From positions 1-64,000 of the forward strand of contig JBBIRK010000006.1 of the NCBI GenBank assembly GCA_037441845.1: a DNA stretch of 64,000 nt. The letters are read 5' to 3'. How positions within the stretch are numbered: position 1 is the stretch's first letter; the number at the start of each line of letters is the position of its first letter. The position numbers were made by a program, and so were the translations under genes. Shown in pieces: positions 19,719-29,724 of the stretch. Under the pieces are notes generated by a model that saw only the letters and a program-made list of their open reading frames with translations, had not been told where the DNA came from and made no database searches. This DNA is from Candidatus Zixiibacteriota bacterium (lineage in GTDB: Bacteria; Zixibacteria; MSB-5A5; UBA10806; 4484-95).

Positions 19719-19826
19719 CCGAATCCCTAACTTTCGAGCACTGTTCCTAAACTACTGCTAAAGATAACCGACTTGTTCCCGCAAACAAGGGAATAATGCC
19801 GGCGAAAGACATTAATGATCGTCATT

Positions 19827-20363
19827 TCAGTCTTCTTTGTGCGAAAGGATCTTTTTCAGCAATTGGATCTGGCCGGCGTGATACAAGTCATGGGAGGCCA
19901 TTCCGCAGACCAGCTCAAAATAGCGGTATTTCGAATTCGGCGCCCGTTTGAAAAGCGCCGATTCCGGCAGATCCATTATTGCCTGCCGGGCGAGCTTGTG
20001 GTGGCGATCGAGCAATCGTTTGATCCGAGTCCAGCTTTTCTCATCGGCCGCCCGAGGGGATTTGAACCAATTACTGCCCCTCAATTCGAATTCGGCTTCC
20101 TTGGAATCGGTCAGTTTCCGCCAAATGATGTATTTCCAGTAGGCGGCATGACAAACAAGTTCAAATATATTGTGCCTTTTCGATCCGGGACGCTTTACTA
20201 CCGTTCCCGCATCTATTCCCCTGATAGAACCTTTAAGATTGGGTCCGTGCCAGGCTCCTTTTGAATAAGCCTGATCGATAAGATGGATAAGTATCTTCGA
20301 AAGCTGCGACCGGCGTTGGTTTTCGGCGGCGTTTCGTTTTCTGATGAGCCTTTTTATTTTCAT
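19827..20363 (-). CDS. DinB-superfamily protein
   Basis: AWHGP, ELVCHAAYW, HDLYHAGQI metal-binding His pattern; GAGGGAGG RBS. Confidence 0.8.
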   Translation of the reverse strand: MKIKRLIRKRNAAENQRRSQLSKILIHLIDQAYSKGAWHGPNLKGSIRGIDAGTVVKRPGSKRHNIFELVCHAAYWKYIIWRKLTDSKEAEFELRGSNWFKSPRAADEKSWTRIKRLLDRHHKLARQAIMDLPESALFKRAPNSKYRYFELVCGMASHDLYHAGQIQLLKKILSHKED

Positions 20364-20597
20364 TTTCCTCCCTCAATGATATTGTGCACCCGCATGGCAT
20401 TGCTTTCATGAATATACCGTTTCCACTTCTGGGGAACAAGCATTTGGCCGAACAAGGCGGCATTTTAATATTAGTGTGGAAACCTCGCATTTCGCCATAT
20501 ATATTTATCATAGTCAAAACGCGGCGGCCGGCGGTGGAATATCGGCCGCGAGGAATGTTTTCGAAAATGATTTCAGAGTCAGCGAATCGGAGGTTTC

Positions 20598-21455
20598 ATG
20601 GAAATTAAAAAGATCGGGGTCTGTGGATGCGGGCAAATGGGAGCGGGAATCGCCGAGGTGGCATCCAAATGCGGATTTGAAGTTATAGTAAGGGAAGTGA
20701 ACGACCAGCTGTTACAGAAAGGGCTGGCGCGAATTCAAAACTCCATGGCCAAAGCGGTCGAGAAAGGCAAGCTCGATGAAGCATCGATGAAAGCCGCCTT
20801 GGCGAGACTGACCGGCACCACAAAACTGGCTGAATTCTCCGACTGCGATCTAGTCGTGGAGGCGGTGGTCGAAATCCTCGATGAAAAGATCAAGGTTCAC
20901 ACCGAACTCGATAAAGTCCTGAAAAAGGAGGCGATTCTGGCATCCAACACCTCCTCGCTTTCGATCACCGAGTTGGGGGCCGCCACGCAACGCCCCGACC
21001 GATTCTGCGGATTGCACTTTTTCAATCCGGTGCCGGTGATGCGGCTGGTCGAGGTCGTGAAAACGGTGGCCACTTCCGATAGCACTTTCGCTGCGGCCAA
21101 AGGGTTTGCCGAGAAGTTGGGGAAAGTGGTCGTAACCTGCGGGGATTCGCCTGGATTCGTCGTGAATCGGCTCTTGGTGCCGTATCTTCTCGATGCCATC
21201 CGGGCGCTCGAAGCGGGCGTGGCCTCGAAAGAAGATATAGACAACGGCATGAAACTCGGCTGCGGCCATCCGATGGGGCCGCTCGAGCTGACCGATTTTA
21301 TCGGACTCGATACGATTTATTATATCGGCGAGATTTTTTTCAACGAGTTCAAAGATCATCATTACGCTTCGCCGCCGCTGTTGAAGTCCATGGTCAAGGC
21401 GGGTTATCTTGGCCGCAAGACCGGCCGCGGTTTCTATGATTATTCCAAGAAGTGA
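20598..21455 (+). CDS. hbd: 3-hydroxybutyryl-CoA dehydrogenase
   Basis: GCGQMGAG, VEAVVE, ASNTSS, GLHFFNPVP, PGFVVNR, PMGPLEL, GRKTGRGFY. Confidence 0.93.
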   Translation: MEIKKIGVCGCGQMGAGIAEVASKCGFEVIVREVNDQLLQKGLARIQNSMAKAVEKGKLDEASMKAALARLTGTTKLAEFSDCDLVVEAVVEILDEKIKVHTELDKVLKKEAILASNTSSLSITELGAATQRPDRFCGLHFFNPVPVMRLVEVVKTVATSDSTFAAAKGFAEKLGKVVVTCGDSPGFVVNRLLVPYLLDAIRALEAGVASKEDIDNGMKLGCGHPMGPLELTDFIGLDTIYYIGEIFFNEFKDHHYASPPLLKSMVKAGYLGRKTGRGFYDYSKK

Positions 21456-21463
21456 GGGATCAG

Positions 21464-22246
21464 ATGAATTATAAAAATCTGCTTATCGACCGCCAACCGC
21501 CGCTTGTCATCGTCTCGATCAATCGGCCGGAAGTGCTGAACGCTCTCAACGCCGATACTATCACAGAACTTCACGACTTCTTTTCCGGCATCGAATTCGA
21601 TACCGAAATTCTCTGCGTGATTTTGACCGGAGGCGGCGAAAAATCGTTCGTGGCCGGTGCCGACATAAAGGAACTGGCCGGAGACGATGTTATCAGCGCT
21701 CGCGCCCGTATGGACAGGGGACAGGCTCTGCTGAACAAGATCGAAAATCTGCCCAAGCCGGTCATCGCCGCAATCAACGGATTCGCACTCGGCGGCGGTT
21801 GCGAAATCGCTATGGCCTGCGACATAAGATTGGCCTCGGATAAGGCGAAAATAGGCCAGCCTGAGGTCAACCTCGGCATAATTCCGGGTTACGGCGGCAC
21901 CCAAAGACTTCCCCGCTTGGTCGGAACGGGCATGGCCAAAAAGATGATTTTCTCCGGCGATTTCCTGCGCGCCGATGAGGCATTGCAGGCCGGGCTTGTC
22001 GATGGCGTCTTTCCTGCGGACCAGCTCATAGAAGAAGCCAAGAAGCTTGCGCTGAAAATCTGTTCCAAAGGTCCGCTTGCAATTCGGGCGGCGAAAGAAG
22101 CCATAAATTTCGGCATGAATACCGATCTTGCCAGCGGTTTGGCTCACGAAGCGGCCCTTTTCGCGGCGATCTGCGCCACCGAGGACAAGGCCGAGGGAAC
22201 CACCGCCTTTCTCGAAAAGCGGGAAGCCAAGTGGAAAGGCAAATGA
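21464..22246 (+). CDS. crt: Enoyl-CoA hydratase (crotonase)
   Basis: NRPEVLNAL, FVAGADI, GGGCE, GQPEVNLGIIPGYGGTQRLPRLVG. Confidence 0.88.
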   Translation: MNYKNLLIDRQPPLVIVSINRPEVLNALNADTITELHDFFSGIEFDTEILCVILTGGGEKSFVAGADIKELAGDDVISARARMDRGQALLNKIENLPKPVIAAINGFALGGGCEIAMACDIRLASDKAKIGQPEVNLGIIPGYGGTQRLPRLVGTGMAKKMIFSGDFLRADEALQAGLVDGVFPADQLIEEAKKLALKICSKGPLAIRAAKEAINFGMNTDLASGLAHEAALFAAICATEDKAEGTTAFLEKREAKWKGK

Positions 22247-22349
22247 CGCTTTCGAAATCCAATATAGACGCGTAATGCGGATCGTTGTTGATGAAAATCA
22301 TTGAGATCAGTTGAGTAAAGGCGTAAACAACCCGGGCGGAGAGTAAAAA

Positions 22350-22607
22350 ATGAAAAACGCCGGCGGTAAATCAAACGATACTTCGTCGCCGTACTCCGAA
22401 TCGATTCCCCATCTCGGAGCGGCCTACCTCGATTATTGTGTAAAGCAGGGTTGGCTGGAAAAAACCGGTGAGGGGCCGCAAGCGCAATACCGAATGACCG
22501 AGCTGGGCAAGAAAAAGATGGCCAATGTATCGTTCAATCTCGACCTCTCGGTTATCGCGGCGCGGCGCGACAACACCAAGAAAAAGCGTAAGCGTCATAA
22601 AAAGTAA
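22350..22607 (+). CDS. Small basic hypothetical protein, winged-helix-like core
   Basis: GGAGAG RBS; PHLGAAYL...GWLEK...YRMTELG; Lys/Arg-rich tail. Confidence 0.6.
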   Translation: MKNAGGKSNDTSSPYSESIPHLGAAYLDYCVKQGWLEKTGEGPQAQYRMTELGKKKMANVSFNLDLSVIAARRDNTKKKRKRHKK

Positions 22608-22640
22608 TTCACACGGCCACTTGCCCCCATTGGACATGAG

Positions 22641-23447
22641 ATGTCGTTTTTCGCCGATATAAAAGGCTCGATCACCGGGGGCCGTTATTTCCGGGATATC
22701 CTGCTGAGGCCTGCACGACAGGGGCTGTGGTTTTTCGCCCGCCTGCTGATAATCACCGCTTTCGTATCCGCCTTCATTTTCTGGCGATCGTTTCATGACA
22801 CGTTCAGCGAAACGGTGGCCTTTTTTAGCGGTCATTTTCCTGAAATCAATTTCGAAAACGGTTTGATTGTCAATCTGCCGCCGCAGAGACTCGATCATCG
22901 TTTTTCCGGATGGAGGTTGGTAATCGATCCGACTTTTATCGATGAAAGCTCCATCGCCGCGGCAACCGTAAACGACACCACGAGAATCACGACGATATTC
23001 GTGGGGCATGCCGCCGCTTTTGCCCGCTACGATTCGCAGATCCGCCGGTTTCAATACCCGCCTCGGTTCAGCTCAGTTGTCAAAGCCTCGGATTTGCAAA
23101 AGAAGCGAAATTTGATAAGCCTCGAGGCGTTCGGTTTTTTCATTTTGTTGTTTTTCATTACAAATGCGATCACGAGTGGGTTCTTGATTCTTCTCATCGC
23201 CGCCATGATCGCCTATAAGTTCCGAATGGTGAGAGTTTCATATTCCTCGGCGATCAAAGTCGGATTGTATCTGATTTCCCATCAGCTTCTGATAAGCATG
23301 CTGTTGGTCATCGCGGATCTGAACATTCCCTTTTTGCTGCTCTGGTTCATACTCTATTATCTCGTTTATGTGAACCTTTTTCTGAAACCCGAATTGGAAT
23401 CGGGCGCGGAAATCGCTGGTATCGATCATGACACTCGAGAACGGTGA
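22641..23447 (+). CDS. DUF1189-like membrane protein
   Basis: One N-terminal TM, soluble loop (PEINFENG), three or four C-terminal TMs. Confidence 0.6.
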   Translation: MSFFADIKGSITGGRYFRDILLRPARQGLWFFARLLIITAFVSAFIFWRSFHDTFSETVAFFSGHFPEINFENGLIVNLPPQRLDHRFSGWRLVIDPTFIDESSIAAATVNDTTRITTIFVGHAAAFARYDSQIRRFQYPPRFSSVVKASDLQKKRNLISLEAFGFFILLFFITNAITSGFLILLIAAMIAYKFRMVRVSYSSAIKVGLYLISHQLLISMLLVIADLNIPFLLLWFILYYLVYVNLFLKPELESGAEIAGIDHDTRER

Positions 23448-23471
23448 TTTCGACCGGCTAAGGAGGACTAA

Positions 23472-24470
23472 TTGAGAATCGCACTGACCGGAGCGAGCGG
23501 TTTTCTGGGCGGCGCCTTGGCCCGTGCTTTCCGAAACGAAGGGCATGCAGTGGTGGCACTCGTGCGTTCGTCATCGCGAATAGATGAATTGAAAAAGCTG
23601 GAAGTGGAAATCATCACCGACGAGATGACCAACGAAAACGCCTTTTTCAAGTTGCTGGATAACGCCGATTTGGCTGTTCACGCTGCCGCTTTGACCGAGG
23701 AATTCGGACCCTGGCACGAATTCTATAGAACCAACGTGCTTTCGACGAAATACTTTTTTGAAGCCGCGCTCGAACATAAAACGCCTCGCCTTGTTTATGT
23801 GTCGAGCGTGGCGATATATGGCAACGGCCGCCACCATCGAGGCACCGACGAGGAAGCACCCTACGAGACCCACGTGATCGATAATTATACCCGCTCGAAA
23901 ATAATGGCGGATAAGCTGGCTTTCGAATATCATCAAAAAGACAATTTGCCGGTAACGGTGATTCGGCCAGGATATATTTGGGGGGTGGGTGACCGCGCGA
24001 TCATGCCCAGGCTGATAGATGGGATCAAGCAAAAACGGGTCGCGCTGATCGAAGGCGGTGAAAATCTGATGAATTTGTCCCATGTCGATAACGTGGTTCA
24101 AGGAATCAGGCTCGCCGCCGAATCCGACAAAGCTGTCGGACAGGCATACAATATCACCGATGGTTCGAGGGTTACCATTAGGCGTTTTCTCGAAGATTTG
24201 ATCTCCATACTGGGGATCGAATATCGTCTGCTTTCTTTGCCTTATGTTCCTGCGTATAGTTTCGCTTATATGTGCGAGCTTTACGCGCGACTGCGGCGCT
24301 ACAAGGTTCGGCCGTTGCTTACCCGCTATACCGTTCGTATGGCGAAATACGACCAGGCGTTCGATATATCCAAAGCGATGTTTCAGATAGGTTACAAACC
24401 TCGGGTTCGGTATGGTGACGGTCTTGCGGCGATGGCTGATTACATTCGCGCCCTCTACCGCAATAGCTGA
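23472..24470 (+). CDS. Extended SDR, 3-beta-hydroxysteroid dehydrogenase/epimerase-like
   Basis: AGGAGG RBS plus TTG start; TGASGFLG, VHAAA, VSS, YTRSK, IRPGYIWG. Confidence 0.85.
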   Translation: MRIALTGASGFLGGALARAFRNEGHAVVALVRSSSRIDELKKLEVEIITDEMTNENAFFKLLDNADLAVHAAALTEEFGPWHEFYRTNVLSTKYFFEAALEHKTPRLVYVSSVAIYGNGRHHRGTDEEAPYETHVIDNYTRSKIMADKLAFEYHQKDNLPVTVIRPGYIWGVGDRAIMPRLIDGIKQKRVALIEGGENLMNLSHVDNVVQGIRLAAESDKAVGQAYNITDGSRVTIRRFLEDLISILGIEYRLLSLPYVPAYSFAYMCELYARLRRYKVRPLLTRYTVRMAKYDQAFDISKAMFQIGYKPRVRYGDGLAAMADYIRALYRNS

Positions 24471-24543
24471 TTGAAATCGGCCGAATAAAATTCCTGGGCG
24501 GTCTTTTTACCATATTTTTCGATATCGGATGGTCCTAATTTGA

Positions 24544-24576
24544 TTGACATCCTCAGGCAATATTTTTATATATAAT
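24544..24576 (+). promoter_or_regulatory. Sigma70-type promoter of the HMG-CoA synthase operon
   Basis: TTGACA at 24544, TATATA at 17 bp spacing and an overlapping TATAAT at 24571. Confidence 0.6.
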
Positions 24577-24633
24577 TGAATTTTGAAGCCCGTCAATGTG
24601 GCAGGAACGCATTTTCGAGAAAGAGGGTTTTCA

Positions 24634-25686
24634 ATGGTTGGCATCGTAGGATATGGCGCCTATATTCCGCGAAACCGGATCAGGGTCGAGGAGATCGCCA
24701 GGGTCTGGGGCGCCGACGCCCCCAGTTACAAAAAGGGGTTGATGCTTCAGGAAAAATCGGTTCCCGGTCCCGACCAGGACACGATCACCATGGCGGTCGA
24801 GGCTACCCGAAACGCGATCAAACGCGCGGGTATAGATCCTCGAAAAATCGGCGCTGTGTATATTGGCTCAGAGTCGCATCCCTATGCCGTGAAACCTTCG
24901 GGCACTGTGCTCGCCGAGGCCATAGGAGCCGTGCCCGATTGCCATTGCGCCGATTTCGAATTCGCCTGCAAGGCGGGTTCCGAGGGGATGTTCGTGGCGA
25001 TGAGTCTGGTGAAAGCCGGTGAAATGGAATATGCTCTCGGTGTAGGTGCCGACACTTCGCAGGGCGCTCCGGGTGATGCGCTCGAATACTCTGCATCGGC
25101 GGGAGCGGCGGCGTTCATTTTCGGCGGCAAAAACGTGGTTGCCGAATGCCTTTACACGCATTCTTTTATGACCGATACACCCGACTTCTGGCGCCGCGAG
25201 CATCAGTTTTATCCCCGCCACGCCTCCCGATTCACCGGCGAGCCGGCTTACTTTAAACATTCTCTGGGCTGCGCAAAAGCGATCATGGAAAAAGCTAAAA
25301 TGAAACCAAGTGATTTTGCTTATGCGGTGTTCCATCAACCCAACGGCAAGTTTCCGATGAACGTGGGCAAGATGCTCGGTTTCAACAAATCACAGCTTGA
25401 ACAAGGATTGCTATCGCCCACGCTCGGAAACACATATTCCGGAGCCTCTCCTATGGGTCTGACGGCGATTCTTGATGTGGCCCGTCCCGGGGATATGGTG
25501 TTGATGGTTTCCTTTGGTTCCGGCGCCGGCAGTGATGGTTTCATCTGGAAAGTGACCGAACGAATCAACGAAGTCAGGGATCTTGCTCCAAAGACTCGGG
25601 TTATGCTCGATTCACCACGGAGAAAATATCTCGATTATGGGACTTATACCAAGTTCCGGGGCAAGATCAAGAAGCTCGGAAGCTGA
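24634..25686 (+). CDS. Archaeal-type hydroxymethylglutaryl-CoA synthase
   Basis: GIVGYGAYIP, GSESHPYAVKP, DFEFACKAG (catalytic Cys), DFWRR, FHQPNGKFP, GNTYSG, SFGSGAGSD. Confidence 0.92.
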   Translation: MVGIVGYGAYIPRNRIRVEEIARVWGADAPSYKKGLMLQEKSVPGPDQDTITMAVEATRNAIKRAGIDPRKIGAVYIGSESHPYAVKPSGTVLAEAIGAVPDCHCADFEFACKAGSEGMFVAMSLVKAGEMEYALGVGADTSQGAPGDALEYSASAGAAAFIFGGKNVVAECLYTHSFMTDTPDFWRREHQFYPRHASRFTGEPAYFKHSLGCAKAIMEKAKMKPSDFAYAVFHQPNGKFPMNVGKMLGFNKSQLEQGLLSPTLGNTYSGASPMGLTAILDVARPGDMVLMVSFGSGAGSDGFIWKVTERINEVRDLAPKTRVMLDSPRRKYLDYGTYTKFRGKIKKLGS

Positions 25687-25713
25687 TCACCGAATATCTG
25701 GCATGGGGAAATT

Positions 25714-26874
25714 ATGAGAGATGTAGCAATAATCGGAATCGGAATGAACAAGTGGGGAGAGCTTTGGCAGAAGTCGATTCGCGACTTGATCACCGAAAGC
25801 GCCCTGTTGGCCCTCAATGATGCGGGAATCGACCGGGTCGAGGCTATGTATATCGGCTGTATGTCGAGCGGCATATTCACTGATCAGGAGCATCTGGGTG
25901 CGATCGCTCCCGATTATGCCGGTTTCTGTCCGGTGCCCGGGACCCGCGTCGAATCGGCTTGCGCCTCCGGCGGCGTTGCGTTCAGAACGGCGTTTGCCCA
26001 CGTGGCCTCGGGACTGTCCGATATCGTGATGGTGGTTGGCGTGGAGAAGATGACCGACGTCGATGGTGCCAAAGCGACTTTCGCGCTTGCCACCGCCGCC
26101 GATCAGGAATACGAAGTATATCACGGGATCACCTTTCCCGGGCTTTATGCCATGATGGCGAATCATCATATGCATAAATACGGCACGACCCGCGATCAGA
26201 TAGCGCAGGTGGCCGTGAAAAACCACAAGAACGGGATGAAAAACGAACTGGCTCAGTTCAGGACGGAAATAACGATCGACCAGGTGAAGAATGCGGTTAT
26301 GGTGGCCGATCCGCTTACCATCCTCGATTGTTCACCTATTACCGATGGATCGGCGGCGGTGATTTTGTGTTCGATGGAAAAAGCGAAGTCGCTGACCAAA
26401 AAGCGACTCGTCAAAGTAACGGGTTCCGGCCATGCCAGCGACACCATTCAGCTTGCTCAAAGATCCGACTTCTCTTCGCTGAAATCGACCGCCTTGGCCG
26501 CGCAGCAGGCATATAAAATGGCCAATCGAAAACCCTCGGATATCAATTTCGCCGAGGTGCATGATTGCTTCACGATAGCCGAAATCATGGTAATCGAAGC
26601 GCTCGGATTCGCCGAGGCCGGCAAGGGCGGCAAGGTCACTATGGATGGTCTGACCGCTATCGACGGCAAAATTCCGGTGAACCCCTCGGGAGGCCTGAAA
26701 TCAAAAGGGCATCCGGTCGGAGCCACCGGAGTCGCTCAGATAGTCGAGCTGGTCAAACAGATCCGGGGCGAAGCGGAGCCCGGCCGCCTCGTGAAAAATG
26801 CGAATATCGGCCTGGCTCAAAATATGGGAGGAAGCGGAGCGAGTTCAGTGGTCCATATCTTGGAGGGAGTGTAA
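25714..26874 (+). CDS. Archaeal/SCP2-type acetyl-CoA acetyltransferase (thiolase)
   Basis: [43 protein letters not shown]. Confidence 0.92.
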   Translation: MRDVAIIGIGMNKWGELWQKSIRDLITESALLALNDAGIDRVEAMYIGCMSSGIFTDQEHLGAIAPDYAGFCPVPGTRVESACASGGVAFRTAFAHVASGLSDIVMVVGVEKMTDVDGAKATFALATAADQEYEVYHGITFPGLYAMMANHHMHKYGTTRDQIAQVAVKNHKNGMKNELAQFRTEITIDQVKNAVMVADPLTILDCSPITDGSAAVILCSMEKAKSLTKKRLVKVTGSGHASDTIQLAQRSDFSSLKSTALAAQQAYKMANRKPSDINFAEVHDCFTIAEIMVIEALGFAEAGKGGKVTMDGLTAIDGKIPVNPSGGLKSKGHPVGATGVAQIVELVKQIRGEAEPGRLVKNANIGLAQNMGGSGASSVVHILEGV

Positions 26875-26875
26875 T

Positions 26876-27265
26876 ATGCCGTCACCGAGATACTGGCGGG
26901 AAATACCGCAACGATATCGTTACGAGGCGAATAAATGCACGAAATGCGGAAAGGTCATGTTCCCTCCGCGATTAGTCTGTCCTGCCTGTGGATCAAAGGA
27001 ATTCGCGCCGACTCATATCGGCAACGAGGGGAAAGTGGTAACTTACTCCGTCATTCGTGTCGCTCCATCGCCATTCGTTGATCAAGCGCCCTATACCGTG
27101 GCCATCGTCGATCTCGGAGAAGGGGTGAATATCATGTGTCAGATCGTCGATTGCGAGCCCGAAGAAATGAAAATCGGTATGGATATTCGGCTCGAATTTC
27201 GTAAGATCCAACAAGAAGGTTCGGATGGGATTATCTGCTATGGTTATAAGGGAGTACCGAAATAG
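26876..27265 (+). CDS. DUF35 Zn-ribbon/OB-fold scaffold protein
   Basis: RYWR, CTKCG-x-FPPR-x-CPACG, OB-fold ending GIICYGYK; 1 nt after the thiolase. Confidence 0.92.
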   Translation: MPSPRYWREIPQRYRYEANKCTKCGKVMFPPRLVCPACGSKEFAPTHIGNEGKVVTYSVIRVAPSPFVDQAPYTVAIVDLGEGVNIMCQIVDCEPEEMKIGMDIRLEFRKIQQEGSDGIICYGYKGVPK

Positions 27266-27294
27266 TGCTGCGGTGATCCGGGTCGGGATGTGTC

Positions 27295-28902
27295 GTGTTC
27301 CAAATTGAGTCGAAAATCGATGTAACTTCATCCGAGTTCAAGAAAAATTACGATCATACCAGCAAAGCGGTTGCTCTTTTAAGGGAGCGGCTGGCTTTGG
27401 TCGAACAGGGGGGGCCCGCCCATGCCCGCGAGCGTCACCTCAAGCGTGGCAAACTTCTGACGCGCGATCGGGTGGCCAAGCTGTTCGATAGGAACACCCC
27501 TTTTCTTGAATTATCGAGCCTGGCGGCTTTCGATATGTATGATAACGATGCCCCGGCGGCCGGCATAATCTGCGGTATCGGAGTGGTCCACGGGCGGGAG
27601 GTTTTGGTCGTTGCCAACGATGCCACCGTCAAGGGCGGAACCTATTACCCGATCACGATAAAAAAACATGTGCGGGCGCAGGAGATCGCTATGGAGAATC
27701 GGCTCCCCTGCGTTTATTTGGTCGATTCCGGCGGCGTCTTTCTGCCTCATCAAAAAGATGTCTTTCCCGATAAGGGGCATTTCGGAACCATCTTTTATAA
27801 TCAAGCCAGGATGTCTGCAATGGGGATTCCTCAAATCGCCGTCGTAATGGGTTCATGCACCGCCGGCGGGGCTTATGTTCCGGCGATGAGCGATGAAGCG
27901 GTTATCGTGAGAAGGCAGGGAACGATTTTCATAGGCGGTCCGCCTTTGGTCAAAGCCGCCACCGGGGTGGATGTCACCGATGAGGAATTGGGGGGAGCCG
28001 ATGTCCACTGCCGAATCTCCGGAGTGGCGGATCATTACGCTCTCGATGACGAGCATGCGCTTGAAATCACCCGCAATATCATCGCTTGTCTCGATCGACT
28101 CGTGAAAACAGATATCGGCCGAGTGCCTTCTGAGGATCCCAAATATGACCCGCACGAGCTTTACGGCATAATTCCCTCGGATATCCGCAAGCAATTCGAT
28201 ATCAGGGAGATTATAGCCCGGATAGTCGATGCCAGCGAATTCCAGGAATTCAAGGAGCTGTATGGCCAAACTTTGGTATGCGGATTCGCCAGGATAATGG
28301 GTTATCCCGTGGGGATTCTTGCCAACAACGGCGTTCTTTTCTCGGAAAGCGCCGTTAAGGGCGCTCATTTTATCGAATTGTGTACGATGCGCAAGATTCC
28401 CCTGATATTTCTGCAAAATATAACCGGCTTCATAGTCGGCAAAGAATATGAACATGGTGGTATCGCCCGCAACGGTGCCAAGATGGTGCATGCCGTGGCC
28501 AACGCCGACGTGCCGAAGTTGACGGTGATAATCGGCGGGTCCTATGGAGCAGGCAACTATGCCATGTGCGGCCGGGGCTATAACCCCCGGTTTCTTTGGA
28601 TGTGGCCGACGGCGAAAATCGGCGTTATGGGCGGCGAGCAGGCGGCTAACGTCTTGCTCATGGTGAAAAAGAAAGCTCTCGAGGAAAAGGGGAAAAGAAT
28701 GACCGCCGAAGAAGAAGCCGCGTTTTTGGCCCCGATTCTCGAAAAGTATGAAAACGAGGCCTCGCCCTATTTTTCCACCGCTCGGATCTGGGACGACGGC
28801 ATAATCGATCCCTTGGATACGCGGGCGGTTCTGGGTCTCGGAATCGAAATCGCCCTGAATGCGCCGATACCTGACCAACGTTACGGCGTTTTCAGAATGT
28901 AG
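27295..28902 (+). CDS. liuB: 3-methylcrotonyl-CoA carboxylase carboxyltransferase (beta) subunit
   Basis: [58 protein letters not shown], terminal GVFRM. Confidence 0.9.
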   Translation: MFQIESKIDVTSSEFKKNYDHTSKAVALLRERLALVEQGGPAHARERHLKRGKLLTRDRVAKLFDRNTPFLELSSLAAFDMYDNDAPAAGIICGIGVVHGREVLVVANDATVKGGTYYPITIKKHVRAQEIAMENRLPCVYLVDSGGVFLPHQKDVFPDKGHFGTIFYNQARMSAMGIPQIAVVMGSCTAGGAYVPAMSDEAVIVRRQGTIFIGGPPLVKAATGVDVTDEELGGADVHCRISGVADHYALDDEHALEITRNIIACLDRLVKTDIGRVPSEDPKYDPHELYGIIPSDIRKQFDIREIIARIVDASEFQEFKELYGQTLVCGFARIMGYPVGILANNGVLFSESAVKGAHFIELCTMRKIPLIFLQNITGFIVGKEYEHGGIARNGAKMVHAVANADVPKLTVIIGGSYGAGNYAMCGRGYNPRFLWMWPTAKIGVMGGEQAANVLLMVKKKALEEKGKRMTAEEEAAFLAPILEKYENEASPYFSTARIWDDGIIDPLDTRAVLGLGIEIALNAPIPDQRYGVFRM

Positions 28903-28920
28903 CCACCGAAAAGCCATCAG

Positions 28921-29721
28921 ATGCTTACCGAAAACTACCGAGCGATATCGATAAAGCCCGCAGGCGAATCGATGACTCTTACGCTCAATCGCCCCGAGGT
29001 CAGGAACGCTTTCAATGATACCATGATCTCCGAAATCTCGGACTTTTTCCGTGGTTTGAACGAAGACCCTCGCAGTTATCGAGTCGTGATAATCACCGGG
29101 GCGGGCGACTCGTTTTGCGCCGGCGCCGACCTCAATTGGATGAAAAGTATGGTGGATTATTCGATCGAGGAAAACCTGTCGGACTCGTTGAAATTAGCCC
29201 AAATGTTTCGTCGGATTTCCGAGTGCCCTCTGCCGGTGCTGGCGCGGGTGAACGGTCCGGCCATCGGGGGCGGCGCCGGGCTGGTGGCCGCCTGCGACTT
29301 CGCCATAGCCGCCGAAAGCGCCGTATTCGGCCTTAGCGAGGTAAAGCTGGGTTTGGCTCCTGCCGTCATTTCGCCGTATATGATCCGCAAGATGGGAGAT
29401 CGTTACTGCCGCGAATATTTTTTAACCGGTGAGCGATTCTCGGCTGCGCGCGGTGCCGAAATCGGGCTGCTGAATAAAGTCGTTCCCGACAACCAACTGG
29501 ATAACGCGATTGATGAAATGGTAAGGCGGCTGCGGACCAGCGGTCCGGGTGCGATCGCCGCCTGCAAGAGGCTGCTTGCCGCCGGACTTCCTCCGGGCAA
29601 TCCCGAAACCGATCGATTCATGGCTGAAATCATCGCCCGCCTCAGAATCAGCGAGGAGGCTCAGGAAGGTATGCGGGCATTCCTCGAAAAAAGAAAACCA
29701 TCGTGGCACGACAAGCATTGA
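28921..29721 (+). CDS. liuC: Methylglutaconyl-CoA hydratase-like crotonase
   Basis: NRPEVRNAF, FCAGADLNWM, GGGAGL, SEVKLGLAPAVISPY; lies between MCC subunits. Confidence 0.82.
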   Translation: MLTENYRAISIKPAGESMTLTLNRPEVRNAFNDTMISEISDFFRGLNEDPRSYRVVIITGAGDSFCAGADLNWMKSMVDYSIEENLSDSLKLAQMFRRISECPLPVLARVNGPAIGGGAGLVAACDFAIAAESAVFGLSEVKLGLAPAVISPYMIRKMGDRYCREYFLTGERFSAARGAEIGLLNKVVPDNQLDNAIDEMVRRLRTSGPGAIAACKRLLAAGLPPGNPETDRFMAEIIARLRISEEAQEGMRAFLEKRKPSWHDKH

Positions 29722-29724
29722 ATT

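Noticed and set aside
24540..24553. FNR-like box TTGAT-N4-ATCCT
   Set aside because: The second half-site is poor and the match is explained by the -35 element.
24634..27265. PhlABC-type Friedel-Crafts acyltransferase (same three protein families)
   Set aside because: The synthase keeps the full catalytic motif set of archaeal HMG-CoA synthase, no type III PKS is nearby, and the neighbours act on HMG-CoA precursors.
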